From assembly GCA_947175385.1 (NCBI GenBank), contig CAMWMN010000001.1, positions 1 to 63,781 on the forward strand: a stretch of 63,781 nucleotides of DNA, written 5' to 3'. The DNA is from an uncultured Clostridia bacterium. Its GTDB lineage: Bacteria; Bacillota; Clostridia; Oscillospirales; Ruminococcaceae. Positions 49,427 through 58,729 of the stretch are shown in pieces. The notes under the pieces are model-generated. The model was not told the DNA's origin, ran no database searches, and saw nothing but the letters and a program-made list of their open reading frames with translations. The stretch's first letter is position 1; each line of letters opens with the position of its first letter. Position numbers and translations under genes: made by a program.

Positions 49427-50220
49427 GCACCATGATTTTAGACGAAATTTCGGAAAAAACCCGTGAGCGAATCGCCGAAAGAGAGCGTCAAATCCCGCTT
49501 GCGGAGATTCGGAATGCCGCCGAGAATATGCCAAACAGCGGCAATTTTCCGTTCAAGAGAATACTTATGAACAATGATATTTCGTTCATTTGCGAGGTGA
49601 AGAAGGCAAGCCCCTCGAAGGGCATAATCGCCGAGGATTTTCCGTATATGCAAATCGCGCGTGAGTATGAAAACGCGGGCGCGGCGGCGATTTCCTGTCT
49701 TACAGAACCGTTTTGGTTCAAGGGCAGCGATGAATATCTTCGCGAAATTACGCGGAATGTGAAAATTCCCGTACTGCGCAAGGACTTCACGATAAGTTCG
49801 TATATGATTTACGAGGCTAAAGCGTTAGGCGCGGCGGCTGTGCTGCTGATTTGCGCGATTCTGGACGAGGGCGAGCTGCGCGAATATCTGGCTCTCACGC
49901 ATTCGTTAGGGCTGTCGGCATTGGTGGAGGCTCACAACGAATCCGAGATTGAAACGGCGGTGAAAATTGGCGCGGAGATTATCGGAGTGAACAACCGCGA
50001 TTTGCGGACGTTCTCGGTGGATACGGACAATTCCGCGCATTTGCGGAATCTTGTTCCGCGCGACAGAATTTTCGTATCCGAAAGCGGAATCCAGTCCGCT
50101 GAGGACGTGCGTAAACTCCGTGAAATGGGCGCAAACGCGGTTCTAATCGGCGAAACGCTGATGCGCGCGCCCGATAAGCGCGCCAAGCTGGACGAACTGA
50201 GGGGACAAAATGAGCGTTAA
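49423..50220 (+). CDS. trpC: indole-3-glycerol phosphate synthase
   Basis: EVKKASPSKG, LRKDF, GVNNRDL, VSESGI. Confidence 0.97.
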   Translation: MSTMILDEISEKTRERIAERERQIPLAEIRNAAENMPNSGNFPFKRILMNNDISFICEVKKASPSKGIIAEDFPYMQIAREYENAGAAAISCLTEPFWFKGSDEYLREITRNVKIPVLRKDFTISSYMIYEAKALGAAAVLLICAILDEGELREYLALTHSLGLSALVEAHNESEIETAVKIGAEIIGVNNRDLRTFSVDTDNSAHLRNLVPRDRIFVSESGIQSAEDVRKLREMGANAVLIGETLMRAPDKRAKLDELRGQNER

Positions 50221-50833
50221 AATCAAGCTCTGCGGAATGTTCCGCGATGAGGACATCGACTACGTGAACGAGGCTCTGCCCGACTACATCGGGTTTATCG
50301 TGATGTTCCCGAAAAGCCACCGCAATATCGACCTTGAAACGGCTCTGCGGCTGAAGAAACGGCTTGATTCGCGTATCAAATCCGTTGCTGTTTCGGTGGA
50401 CGCACCCGTGGAGCAGTTCGCGGAGTTCGCGCATTCGGGCGCAGCGGATCTGCTCCAACTCCACGGAAACGAGAATGCGGAATACATCTCGCGGCTACGA
50501 ACGCTTACAAACGTTCCGATAATCAAAGCGGTCAAGGTCACGGACTTTTCCGATATTAAGGCGGCTGAAACGCTTGACGCGGATTTCCTGCTGCTGGACA
50601 GCGGTACGGGTTCGGGGAAAGCGTTCGACCACTCGGTGATTCGTCGCGCGGAAATCAAGAAACCGTTCTTTCTTGCAGGGGGACTTACTCCCGAAAATCT
50701 TGCGCAAGCCGCTCGGAAGGTTAATCCGTATGCGGTGGATTTGTCCAGCGGAATCGAAACGAACGGGCTCAAGGACAGAGAGAAGATTCTCGCGGCGGTA
50801 GACGCGGTACGCGCGGTAAAAATCCACGGCTGA
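50210..50833 (+). CDS. trpF: phosphoribosylanthranilate isomerase
   Basis: KLCG, QLHG.E, LAGGL, DLSSG.E. Confidence 0.96.
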   Translation: MSVKIKLCGMFRDEDIDYVNEALPDYIGFIVMFPKSHRNIDLETALRLKKRLDSRIKSVAVSVDAPVEQFAEFAHSGAADLLQLHGNENAEYISRLRTLTNVPIIKAVKVTDFSDIKAAETLDADFLLLDSGTGSGKAFDHSVIRRAEIKKPFFLAGGLTPENLAQAARKVNPYAVDLSSGIETNGLKDREKILAAVDAVRAVKIHG

Positions 50834-50834
50834 C

Positions 50835-51100
50835 TTTTGAAGTGCGGTGCGCGCGAAGAAATTCTCCGAGTCTCAGTCAACGTTTTGACTACGTGCCGTG
50901 CGAAGCACAGAATTTCTGAGTGCACGCCGCACGGCTTCCGCGAGTGACTCCGAGTGCCGATACTAGCAACCCGATAATTCAAAACAAGTTGTAAAGGTAC
51001 TCGGAGTCAGGAGCGGAAGCCTTCGATTGGTGTTGGAACCGTGAAACCAAAAAGATATATCGTCCGGGAGAATAGTGATTTCCCGACAAGTTACAAAACT
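50835..51100 (+). repeat. structured intergenic region, probably divergent copies of the dispersed element
   Basis: TTTTGAA..TTCAAAA closing stem (50835-50984), GTGCGAAGCAC hairpin, a second unit, then CAGGAGG RBS. Confidence 0.5.
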
Positions 51101-51122
51101 TTCCATTCAAACAGGAGGTATT

Positions 51123-52190
51123 ATGATTAAAACAAAAACCAAACAGAAATCCAAGCTGAAAGTCGTTTTGATAATCATTGCCGCAGTCTTGGTTGTGATT
51201 TTCACGGTGGGAATGACTGTCACTTCCACGTTGATGGGTAAAAACTTCCAGCGCGGCGATTATACGGACGCGAGGTTCACCACCGAATACTACTACGAGC
51301 ATTACAAGGCGGATTATCCGCGCGAGGAGGTGAAGTTCCAATCGGGGAAAAACACGCTTAAAGGCTTTATCTACGGCGCGGAGAATGACAAGGGGCTGTT
51401 GGTGTTTGCGCACGGAATCGGCAGTGGCCACGAGCATTATATCAAGAATCTGATGTGGTTCGTGGACGAGGGTTGGCGCGTGTTCTCGTATGACGCAACG
51501 GGCAGCGGATACAGCGAGGGTGATGGAACACGCGGACTTTCTCAATCCGCGCTGGACTTGGACGCGGCTCTCACGTTCGTTGAAAACGATGAACGGCTCA
51601 ATTCCCTGCCCGTGTGCCTGATGGGGCATAGCTGGGGCGGTTACGCGGTGACAGCGGTGCTGAACTTCGACCACAAAATCTCTGCTGTTGCAAGTATTTC
51701 GGGCTACAACCAGCCGCTCGAAATGATTCTTGAGGAGGCTGAGGGTATGATGGGCGGATTCCGTTACGCGATGGTGCCGTTTATTTGGACATACAACACC
51801 TCGCTTTTCGGGAAATACGCGGGATTGACGGCGGTTGACGGAATCAACAAATCGGGCGCTCCCGTGCTGATAATTCACGGAACGGACGACAAAAAAATCG
51901 GCTATGACAAGTCAAGCATTATCAGCGAGAAAGCGCGGATCACCAATCCCAATGCGGAATATCTCACGCTGAACGAAATAGCGCACAGCAATATGTTCTA
52001 TACCGATGAGGCGCGGGAATACATAGACAAATTCAACGCAGAATATGAGAAAGTTTATAACAGCTACGGCGGCGAAATTCCCGACGCGGAACGTGAGAAA
52101 ATCTACGCGGATTCCGACAGAGAGCTTGTCAACGCTCCGAACGCGGAATTGCTCACGCGAATCGAGAATTTCTTTGCGGAGCATATGTGA
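51123..52190 (+). CDS. membrane-anchored alpha/beta hydrolase
   Basis: N-terminal TM, HGIG, nucleophile elbow GHSWGG, IHG..D, AHS. Confidence 0.9.
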   Translation: MIKTKTKQKSKLKVVLIIIAAVLVVIFTVGMTVTSTLMGKNFQRGDYTDARFTTEYYYEHYKADYPREEVKFQSGKNTLKGFIYGAENDKGLLVFAHGIGSGHEHYIKNLMWFVDEGWRVFSYDATGSGYSEGDGTRGLSQSALDLDAALTFVENDERLNSLPVCLMGHSWGGYAVTAVLNFDHKISAVASISGYNQPLEMILEEAEGMMGGFRYAMVPFIWTYNTSLFGKYAGLTAVDGINKSGAPVLIIHGTDDKKIGYDKSSIISEKARITNPNAEYLTLNEIAHSNMFYTDEAREYIDKFNAEYEKVYNSYGGEIPDAEREKIYADSDRELVNAPNAELLTRIENFFAEHM

Positions 52191-52198
52191 GGTGTAAT

Positions 52199-52489
52199 AT
52201 GGAATGTAAAAATCTTGAGGAGGTTCGCTCCAATATTGACAGGATTGACGATGAAATCATCAGGCTGATTGCCGAGCGGACGGGTTATGTAAGACAAGCG
52301 GCGAAATTTAAGACAAGCACGGACGGAGTGAAAGCCCCCGACCGCGTTGAGGCTGTTATCCGAAAGGTTCGAGAAAGAGCCGAAAAATACGGCGCAGAAG
52401 CGGATATGGCGGAATCACTCTACCGCGAGATGATAGCGCGGTTTGTTGATATGGAAACGCGTGAATTTGAAGGGATGATAACAGTATGA
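52199..52489 (+). CDS. chorismate mutase (AroQ/PchB-like)
   Basis: LEEVR..ID.ID.EI..LIAER, K, R.E.V. Confidence 0.88.
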   Translation: MECKNLEEVRSNIDRIDDEIIRLIAERTGYVRQAAKFKTSTDGVKAPDRVEAVIRKVRERAEKYGAEADMAESLYREMIARFVDMETREFEGMITV

Positions 52490-53265
52490 ACACATTTGAA
52501 TTTGATGGTAAGAAGTATAAAAAGTCTTCTAAACATCAAAAGGAATGGGGAAACAGCTTAATTTCGGAATTATCCTTAAGAGGAGATGAAGAAATATTGG
52601 ATTTGGGTTGCGGAGATGGCAATTTAACCGAACAATTGGCTCAATTAGTTCCAAATGGAAGAATTTTAGGAATAGACGCTTCTGTGGGAATGATTTCTGC
52701 TGCTCAAAAGCGAATCAAGCCGAATTTAGCATTTATGCAAATGGATATCAACACGATTGATTTTCGGAATATGTTTGATGTCATATTTTCAAATGCAACG
52801 CTTCATTGGATCAAAAACCATAAACATCTTCTTCAAAACGCTTTTAGGGCATTAAAAGAAAATGGTGTTATCTTATGGGATTTTGCAGGTGACGGAAATT
52901 GCTCTCATTTCTTTGAAGTTATTGGTATAAAAATTCAAAGCAAAAAGTACAAAAAATATTTCGACGGCTTTGAATGGCCATGGTATATGCCGGTTAAAAA
53001 TGATTATGAAAAAATTGTCGCTGCCTCCGGATTTTCCTCTTACAGTGTTACAGAAGTAAATCGGGATAGGTTTTTTGCAAACGCTGATGAAATGATAAAG
53101 TGGATAGACCAACCAAGTATAGTACCTTTTATTAGCGTAATCCCGGATGAAATGAAAATAGAGTTCCGAGATGATGTTATTAAAGCAATGTTAGAAAAGA
53201 CATTGCAGTCGGACGGTACTTGCTTTGAAACATTTCGCCGTATTCACGTAACAGCAAGAAAATAA
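52486..53265 (+). CDS. class I SAM methyltransferase (Tam-like), AT-rich
   Basis: ILDLGCGDG, FDVIFSNATLHW. Confidence 0.88.
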   Translation: MNTFEFDGKKYKKSSKHQKEWGNSLISELSLRGDEEILDLGCGDGNLTEQLAQLVPNGRILGIDASVGMISAAQKRIKPNLAFMQMDINTIDFRNMFDVIFSNATLHWIKNHKHLLQNAFRALKENGVILWDFAGDGNCSHFFEVIGIKIQSKKYKKYFDGFEWPWYMPVKNDYEKIVAASGFSSYSVTEVNRDRFFANADEMIKWIDQPSIVPFISVIPDEMKIEFRDDVIKAMLEKTLQSDGTCFETFRRIHVTARK

Positions 53266-53335
53266 ATATGGGTTTATCAGGTGATTTTAATCAGGGCAAA
53301 GGGAAACAACAAGCTTTAAGAAAGGAAAAAACGAT

Positions 53336-54520
53336 ATGTCAAACGGAAGATATGGCGATTTCGGCGGACAGTATATCCCCGAAACGCTGATGAACGAAAT
53401 TCACAAACTGGAGGAAGCGTACGAGCGTTTCTCCAAAGACCCGGAATTTATCGCGGAGCTGGATAAGCTCAACCGTGAATACGCGGGACGCCCTTCCCTG
53501 CTCTACTACGCAGAGAAGATGACGAAGGACTTGGGCGGTGCGAAGATTTATTTCAAGCGCGAGGACTTGAATCACACGGGTTCGCACAAGATAAACAACG
53601 TTCTCGGTCAGTGCCTGCTTGCGAAGAAAATGGGCAAAAAGCGCATTATCGCGGAAACGGGCGCGGGTCAGCACGGCGTTGCAGCGGCTACTGCGGCGGC
53701 GCTTATGGGTCTGGAGTGCGAAATCTTTATGGGCAAGGAGGATACCATTAGGCAAGCACTGAACGTCTATCGTATGGAACTATTGGGTGCAAAGGTAAAC
53801 CCCGTCACCACAGGAACAATGACGCTTAAGGACGCGGTTAACGAGGCAATGCGCGATTGGACAACCCGTGTTGACGATACGTTGTATGTTCTCGGCTCGG
53901 TTATGGGTCCGCACCCGTTCCCGATGATTGTAAGAGATTTCCAGAGCGTGATTTCCAAGGAAGCGCGCGAACAGATTCTGGAGCTGGAGGGCAAGCTCCC
54001 CACTGCGGTTATGGCTTGCGTGGGTGGCGGCTCAAACGCAATGGGAATGTTCTACAACTTCATCAACGACAAGGACGTGCGGCTTATCGGCTGCGAGGCT
54101 GCGGGACGCGGTGTTGATACGGGTGAAACCGCCGCGACAATCGCCACGGGAACGCTCGGAATATTCCACGGAATGAAGAGCCTGTTTTGTCAGAACGAAT
54201 ACGGACAAATCGCGCCCGTCTATTCGATTTCGGCGGGGCTTGACTATCCGGGAATCGGTCCAGAACACGCGTATCTGCACGACATCGGACGCGCGGAGTA
54301 TGTTCCCGTGACGGACGATGAAGCGGTAAACGCATTTGAGTACATCGCGAGAACCGAGGGTATCATCTGCGCAATTGAATCTGCACACGCAGTGGCACAT
54401 ATGATGAAAATCGCGCCGACTATGAGCAAGGACGATATAATCATCTGCTGCCTTTCGGGACGCGGAGATAAGGACGTTGCGGCAATTGCGCGGTATAGGG
54501 GGATTGATTTGCATGAGTAA
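53336..54520 (+). CDS. trpB: tryptophan synthase beta
   Basis: [32 protein letters not shown]. Confidence 0.98.
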   Translation: MSNGRYGDFGGQYIPETLMNEIHKLEEAYERFSKDPEFIAELDKLNREYAGRPSLLYYAEKMTKDLGGAKIYFKREDLNHTGSHKINNVLGQCLLAKKMGKKRIIAETGAGQHGVAAATAAALMGLECEIFMGKEDTIRQALNVYRMELLGAKVNPVTTGTMTLKDAVNEAMRDWTTRVDDTLYVLGSVMGPHPFPMIVRDFQSVISKEAREQILELEGKLPTAVMACVGGGSNAMGMFYNFINDKDVRLIGCEAAGRGVDTGETAATIATGTLGIFHGMKSLFCQNEYGQIAPVYSISAGLDYPGIGPEHAYLHDIGRAEYVPVTDDEAVNAFEYIARTEGIICAIESAHAVAHMMKIAPTMSKDDIIICCLSGRGDKDVAAIARYRGIDLHE

Positions 54521-55292
54521 CAGAATTTCAAAGGCATTCGAGAACAAAAAAGCGTTCATCGGATTTCTGACGGCGGGAGATCCAACGTTTGACAGCTCAT
54601 TTGACAACATTATGGCTATGGTAAAGGCGGGTGCGGATTTAATCGAGATTGGCATTCCGTTCTCCGACCCGATTGCCGAGGGTCCCGTAATTCAGAATGC
54701 GGATGTTCGCGCGCTGAACGGCGGAATGACCACCGACCGCGCGTTTGAGCTTGCGTCTAAAGTTCGCGCCGAAACGGATATTCCGCTGGTATTTATGACG
54801 TATCTTAATCCCGTGTTTAAGTATGGATATGACAGGTTTTTCACGAAGTGCGCCGAAATCGGCGTGGACGGGCTTATCTGCCCCGATATGCCGTTTGAGG
54901 AGAAGTCCGAGGCGGATAAAGTCGCGAAATCGCACGGGATCTCCATAATCTCGATGATTGCGCCCACCTCCGAGGAGCGTATCAAATCCATAGCCGAAAG
55001 CGCGGAGGGATTCTTGTACATTGTAAGCTCGCTGGGAGTTACGGGAGTGCGCAGCGAAATTAAAACCGATCTGGTGAGCATTATGGAGAGCGTGAAAAAA
55101 TACGCTCACGTTCCTGCGGCAATCGGATTCGGAATCTCCACTCCCGAACAAGCAAAGAAAATGGCGGCGATTTCCGATGGCGCGATTGTCGGCTCGGCAA
55201 TAGTGCGTATCATTGAAAAACACGGCGAAAACGCGGCAGACGAGATTTACAACTATGTAAAGCCGATGGCGGACGCGGTGCATAACATTTAA
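54513..55292 (+). CDS. trpA: tryptophan synthase alpha
   Basis: [26 protein letters not shown]. Confidence 0.97.
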   Translation: MSNRISKAFENKKAFIGFLTAGDPTFDSSFDNIMAMVKAGADLIEIGIPFSDPIAEGPVIQNADVRALNGGMTTDRAFELASKVRAETDIPLVFMTYLNPVFKYGYDRFFTKCAEIGVDGLICPDMPFEEKSEADKVAKSHGISIISMIAPTSEERIKSIAESAEGFLYIVSSLGVTGVRSEIKTDLVSIMESVKKYAHVPAAIGFGISTPEQAKKMAAISDGAIVGSAIVRIIEKHGENAADEIYNYVKPMADAVHNI

Positions 55293-55297
55293 GACAA

Positions 55298-55332
55298 TGC
55301 CGCGCAGTTGTTGCTGCGCGGCAGGTCTTTTT
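55298..55332 (+). terminator. terminator after trpA
   Basis: TGCCGCGCAG..CTGCGCGGCA stem followed by a T-run. Confidence 0.75.
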
Positions 55333-56120
55333 CAGTCTGCTCTTGATTTAATAACAAAAACCGTAGGCAGCATCAAAGCCTTTCTTCCGTAATCGCTGTC
55401 CGACGCGGCGGCTTTTTCTTTGTCGGTTTCCTCAACAAGCTTTTCAATAACAAAACCGTTATCCGCTAAAGCGTTAATGTATGTGCTTAACATACGGTTG
55501 GACAGCGCAAGTTCCTTATTTGTCAAATCGCCGCAATACCATTCTTCATCAAAATATGAGTTGACAAAAATAAGTTTTCCGTCCTCAACCGATACACATT
55601 TATGGATTGGGTGCGACCAACCGAAAACAAACTCACCGCCTTTTTTCAAATATGAGTGAATGAGCTTGAAGGTTTTATCCAAATCTGTTGACCAACCGAT
55701 TCCAAAAACAGAATAAACCAAATCGAAATAATTGGTTGGCAGCCCACATTCTTCCTCCATAGGAGAACAGATAAGGTTTGCGCTGACACCTTGCTTTTCA
55801 AGAAAGTTCTCCGCGATTTCAAGCTGACTTTCGGATATATCCAATCCCCACAAATCAACCGCGCCTAAATCGGCGGCATATTTTAATGAATGCCCGTGAC
55901 CGCAGCCAATTTCAAGCACTCTTTTACCCGATAAATCTCCAAGCAAACGCAGCTTATCTTCTGACGGACAAAATCCACCCCAATCGGGTAAAGCGGTTAC
56001 TCCCAAAGATTGGCTGCCTATGGTACCCCAAAACTCGGCATTTATCTTATGAACATAGGCATTGTTCATTTTAATTTTATTTGCCACACCTGAGGTTTTG
56101 CCGCCGACAATATTTTGCAT
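55332..56120 (-). CDS. class I SAM-dependent methyltransferase
   Basis: VLEIGCG.G, GLDIS, FDLVYS. Confidence 0.88.
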   Translation of the reverse strand: MQNIVGGKTSGVANKIKMNNAYVHKINAEFWGTIGSQSLGVTALPDWGGFCPSEDKLRLLGDLSGKRVLEIGCGHGHSLKYAADLGAVDLWGLDISESQLEIAENFLEKQGVSANLICSPMEEECGLPTNYFDLVYSVFGIGWSTDLDKTFKLIHSYLKKGGEFVFGWSHPIHKCVSVEDGKLIFVNSYFDEEWYCGDLTNKELALSNRMLSTYINALADNGFVIEKLVEETDKEKAAASDSDYGRKALMLPTVFVIKSRAD

Positions 56121-56204
56121 TTTTTCTGCTCTCCTTTTCAGTTCCCAATTAGTGATGAATTGGATTGAACTTTAATTTCTGTAGGGATATTACTGTTTAT
56201 TCTT

Positions 56205-56278
56205 ATCATACCACAACTTTCAAAGTTTGTCAACATTCAAATACTACTATTGACAAAACACTTGTTATATTGTATAAT
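56205..56278. promoter_or_regulatory. divergent sigma-A promoters (- strand 56205-56233 TTGACA-17-TATGAT; + strand 56250-56278 TTGACA-17-TATAAT)
   Basis: Consensus hexamers with 17-bp spacers. Confidence 0.75.
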
Positions 56279-56343
56279 TATAATTGTAACGACTTCACAG
56301 AAAAGCCGGAGTACATTTTTTACTATATCAGTGAGGTAAAAAT

Positions 56344-57081
56344 ATGATAGATTTTTTCGCTAAAGAACTCTCCACCGACCCGGGAATGAAGCTTTTCAGC
56401 CCGCTTCATATCGGCATTTCAATTGTATTCGTGATCCTTTTAATACTGATTGTCGTGTTCCGTAAGAAATTACGCAAATTCGGGCATTATACCGTAATCC
56501 GCAGAACAGCGGCTGCGATTCTGTTCGCGAATATGTTTATTCATTATGCCGCACGGATAATCCTCGGAATCTGGAGTCTTGACGAGGATTTGCCGCTTCA
56601 TATCTGCTTTGTCACGAACTTCTTTATGATGTACATACTGTTCACCGACAACAAGCACAAGCTATATCGGGTGGTCTACTTCTTCACGCTTATCGGACCG
56701 CTCCCGGCGATTATCTGGCCCGACCTCCACCGCGGACCTTCGGGCTGGGTGTTCTACCAATTTATCATCAGTCATCATTTTTTGATTCTGGTAAGCGCGT
56801 ATTGTTTGCTTGTCCTTGGGTATGAAACCAACATCAAAAGTGCCGTCGTTGCGTTCTTCGTTGGCAACGGCTATGTCGGAGCGATTGCGGTGATGAATTC
56901 CATCATCGGGACTAACTATGTAATGCTTACATCGCTGCCCGACCAGCTTTACGAGATATATCCGTTCCTGAATGCCATGCCAGCGTTCTTCTGGCTGGAG
57001 CTGGTGGGGATTCTGGTGGTTCTGGCGGCATATGTTCCCGCTTTTTTCGCGAGGCGGGAACGGAATCGCAGTAAATCTTAA
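56344..57081 (+). CDS. YwaF/TMEM164-family integral membrane protein
   Basis: F...H, LPLHIC, P, H, N..NY..L motifs; about 6-7 TM. Confidence 0.82.
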   Translation: MIDFFAKELSTDPGMKLFSPLHIGISIVFVILLILIVVFRKKLRKFGHYTVIRRTAAAILFANMFIHYAARIILGIWSLDEDLPLHICFVTNFFMMYILFTDNKHKLYRVVYFFTLIGPLPAIIWPDLHRGPSGWVFYQFIISHHFLILVSAYCLLVLGYETNIKSAVVAFFVGNGYVGAIAVMNSIIGTNYVMLTSLPDQLYEIYPFLNAMPAFFWLELVGILVVLAAYVPAFFARRERNRSKS

Positions 57082-57215
57082 AATTACGGTAACACCGCAC
57101 AAAGACCGACAAACGACTTTGTGTGGTGTTTTCTTTATTTTGAGAACAACCAGAAATCCGCATAAATCTTACGAAAATGTCATAAATTCGTAACTAAATT
57201 GTAACCAAAAACTTG

Positions 57216-57244
57216 TTGACATTTGACGAAAGGTGTGTTATAAT
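57216..57244 (+). promoter_or_regulatory. sigma-A promoter of the MBOAT operon (TTGACA-17-TATAAT, extended TG)
   Basis: Exact consensus. Confidence 0.8.
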
Positions 57245-57325
57245 TATATGGACGGATGGAAGATGCGAGTTTTCCGCTCGAAATACGTTTAATGAATAGA
57301 TATATTTAATTGGGGATAATATATT

Positions 57326-58729
57326 ATGATTTTTTCATCGCTGATATTTTTGTACGCGTTTTTTCCGCTTTGTTTGATAGCTTACTTTCTTGTGAAGCCT
57401 ATCAAAGGGAAAAACGCGGTTTTAATTGTCTTTTCGCTGATGTTTTACGCATGGGGAGAACCGGTAAGAATCGCGTTTCTGCTGCTCTCCTCGGTGATCA
57501 ACTACTTCATCGGAATCGGTATCGGCAAGGCGAAAACCGAAAAAATCCAAAAGCTCCTCCTCGCGGGAGGGCTTGTCTACAACATCGGTATGATCGGCGT
57601 ATTCAAGTACAGCGGATTCATAGCCGAAAACATCAACTCGATTTTCCGCGCAAATATCCCCGTGCCGGACATCGCAGTAATGGCGGGAATCAGCTTTTAC
57701 ACGTTCCAGATCATCTCTTATATCGTGGACTGCTATTGGGGCAAGGTCGAGCCGCAGAAAAACTTCTTCAAGCTGCTGCTTTACATCTGCCTGTTTCCAC
57801 AGCTTATCGCCGGACCTATCGTGCGTTACAGCACCATCGCCGAGGAGATAGACAACCGCCATACCTCAATCACCGATTTGAGCGAGGGTCTGACGCGGTT
57901 TGTGGTGGGTCTTGCGAAAAAGGTTGTTCTGGCAGACCAATTGCTGCGTATCGTCAATGATTTTCTGCAAGGAAAGGTCGGAACGCTGACCGTTGCGGGC
58001 ACTTGGTACGGAATAATCCTCTACTCACTGTACATATACTTCGACTTCTCAGGATATTCCGATATGGCAATCGGTATGGGCAGAATGTTCGGATTTCATT
58101 TCAACGAGAACTTCAATCATCCGTATCTCTGCAAGGATATTCAGGAGTTCTGGCAGAGGTGGCACATCTCACTTGGCTCGTTCTTCCGCGACTACCTAAT
58201 GCCCGTAACATTCTTCGGGCGGCGCAACAAATACTTAAGTCTGCTGCTGATATGGCTCTGCACGGGCATATGGCACGGCGCTTCGTGGAATTACGTCATC
58301 TGGGGACTGTACTACGGAGCGTTCATTATGATGGAGAACGCTCTCGGCAAGAAACGTATGAACAAAATCCCAATGGTGATACGTCATATTTACAGCAAGC
58401 TTGTAATCATTATCGGTTTCGGAATCTTCTACTTCGAGGATTTCAACGAGCTTGGAATGTTTTTCCGCAACCTTACTCCCGCGAACCCGAACGGTTGGGG
58501 AGGCGTGATAGAAGTCATTTCACTGTGCAACAATCTGTGGCTTATTGTCGCGGCGGTAATCTGCACATTTCCGATTATGGTGGCGGCGAAAAAGCTCGCG
58601 GCGCGCTCGGAAGGTTGGGATACGGCAATTTCCGTGTCGAGGACGGTGGTCTGCGCGGGAATGTTGCTGTTAAGCAGCGTGCTGTTGGTTGACGCTACTA
58701 CCAACGCGTTCCTGTACTGGAGGTTCTGA
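57326..58729 (+). CDS. MBOAT O-acyltransferase (AlgI/DltB family) with C-terminal FLYWRF motif
   Basis: GISFYTFQ, FPQLIAGPI, DFSGYSDMA, FWQRWHISL, catalytic GIWHGA. Confidence 0.95.
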   Translation: MIFSSLIFLYAFFPLCLIAYFLVKPIKGKNAVLIVFSLMFYAWGEPVRIAFLLLSSVINYFIGIGIGKAKTEKIQKLLLAGGLVYNIGMIGVFKYSGFIAENINSIFRANIPVPDIAVMAGISFYTFQIISYIVDCYWGKVEPQKNFFKLLLYICLFPQLIAGPIVRYSTIAEEIDNRHTSITDLSEGLTRFVVGLAKKVVLADQLLRIVNDFLQGKVGTLTVAGTWYGIILYSLYIYFDFSGYSDMAIGMGRMFGFHFNENFNHPYLCKDIQEFWQRWHISLGSFFRDYLMPVTFFGRRNKYLSLLLIWLCTGIWHGASWNYVIWGLYYGAFIMMENALGKKRMNKIPMVIRHIYSKLVIIIGFGIFYFEDFNELGMFFRNLTPANPNGWGGVIEVISLCNNLWLIVAAVICTFPIMVAAKKLAARSEGWDTAISVSRTVVCAGMLLLSSVLLVDATTNAFLYWRF

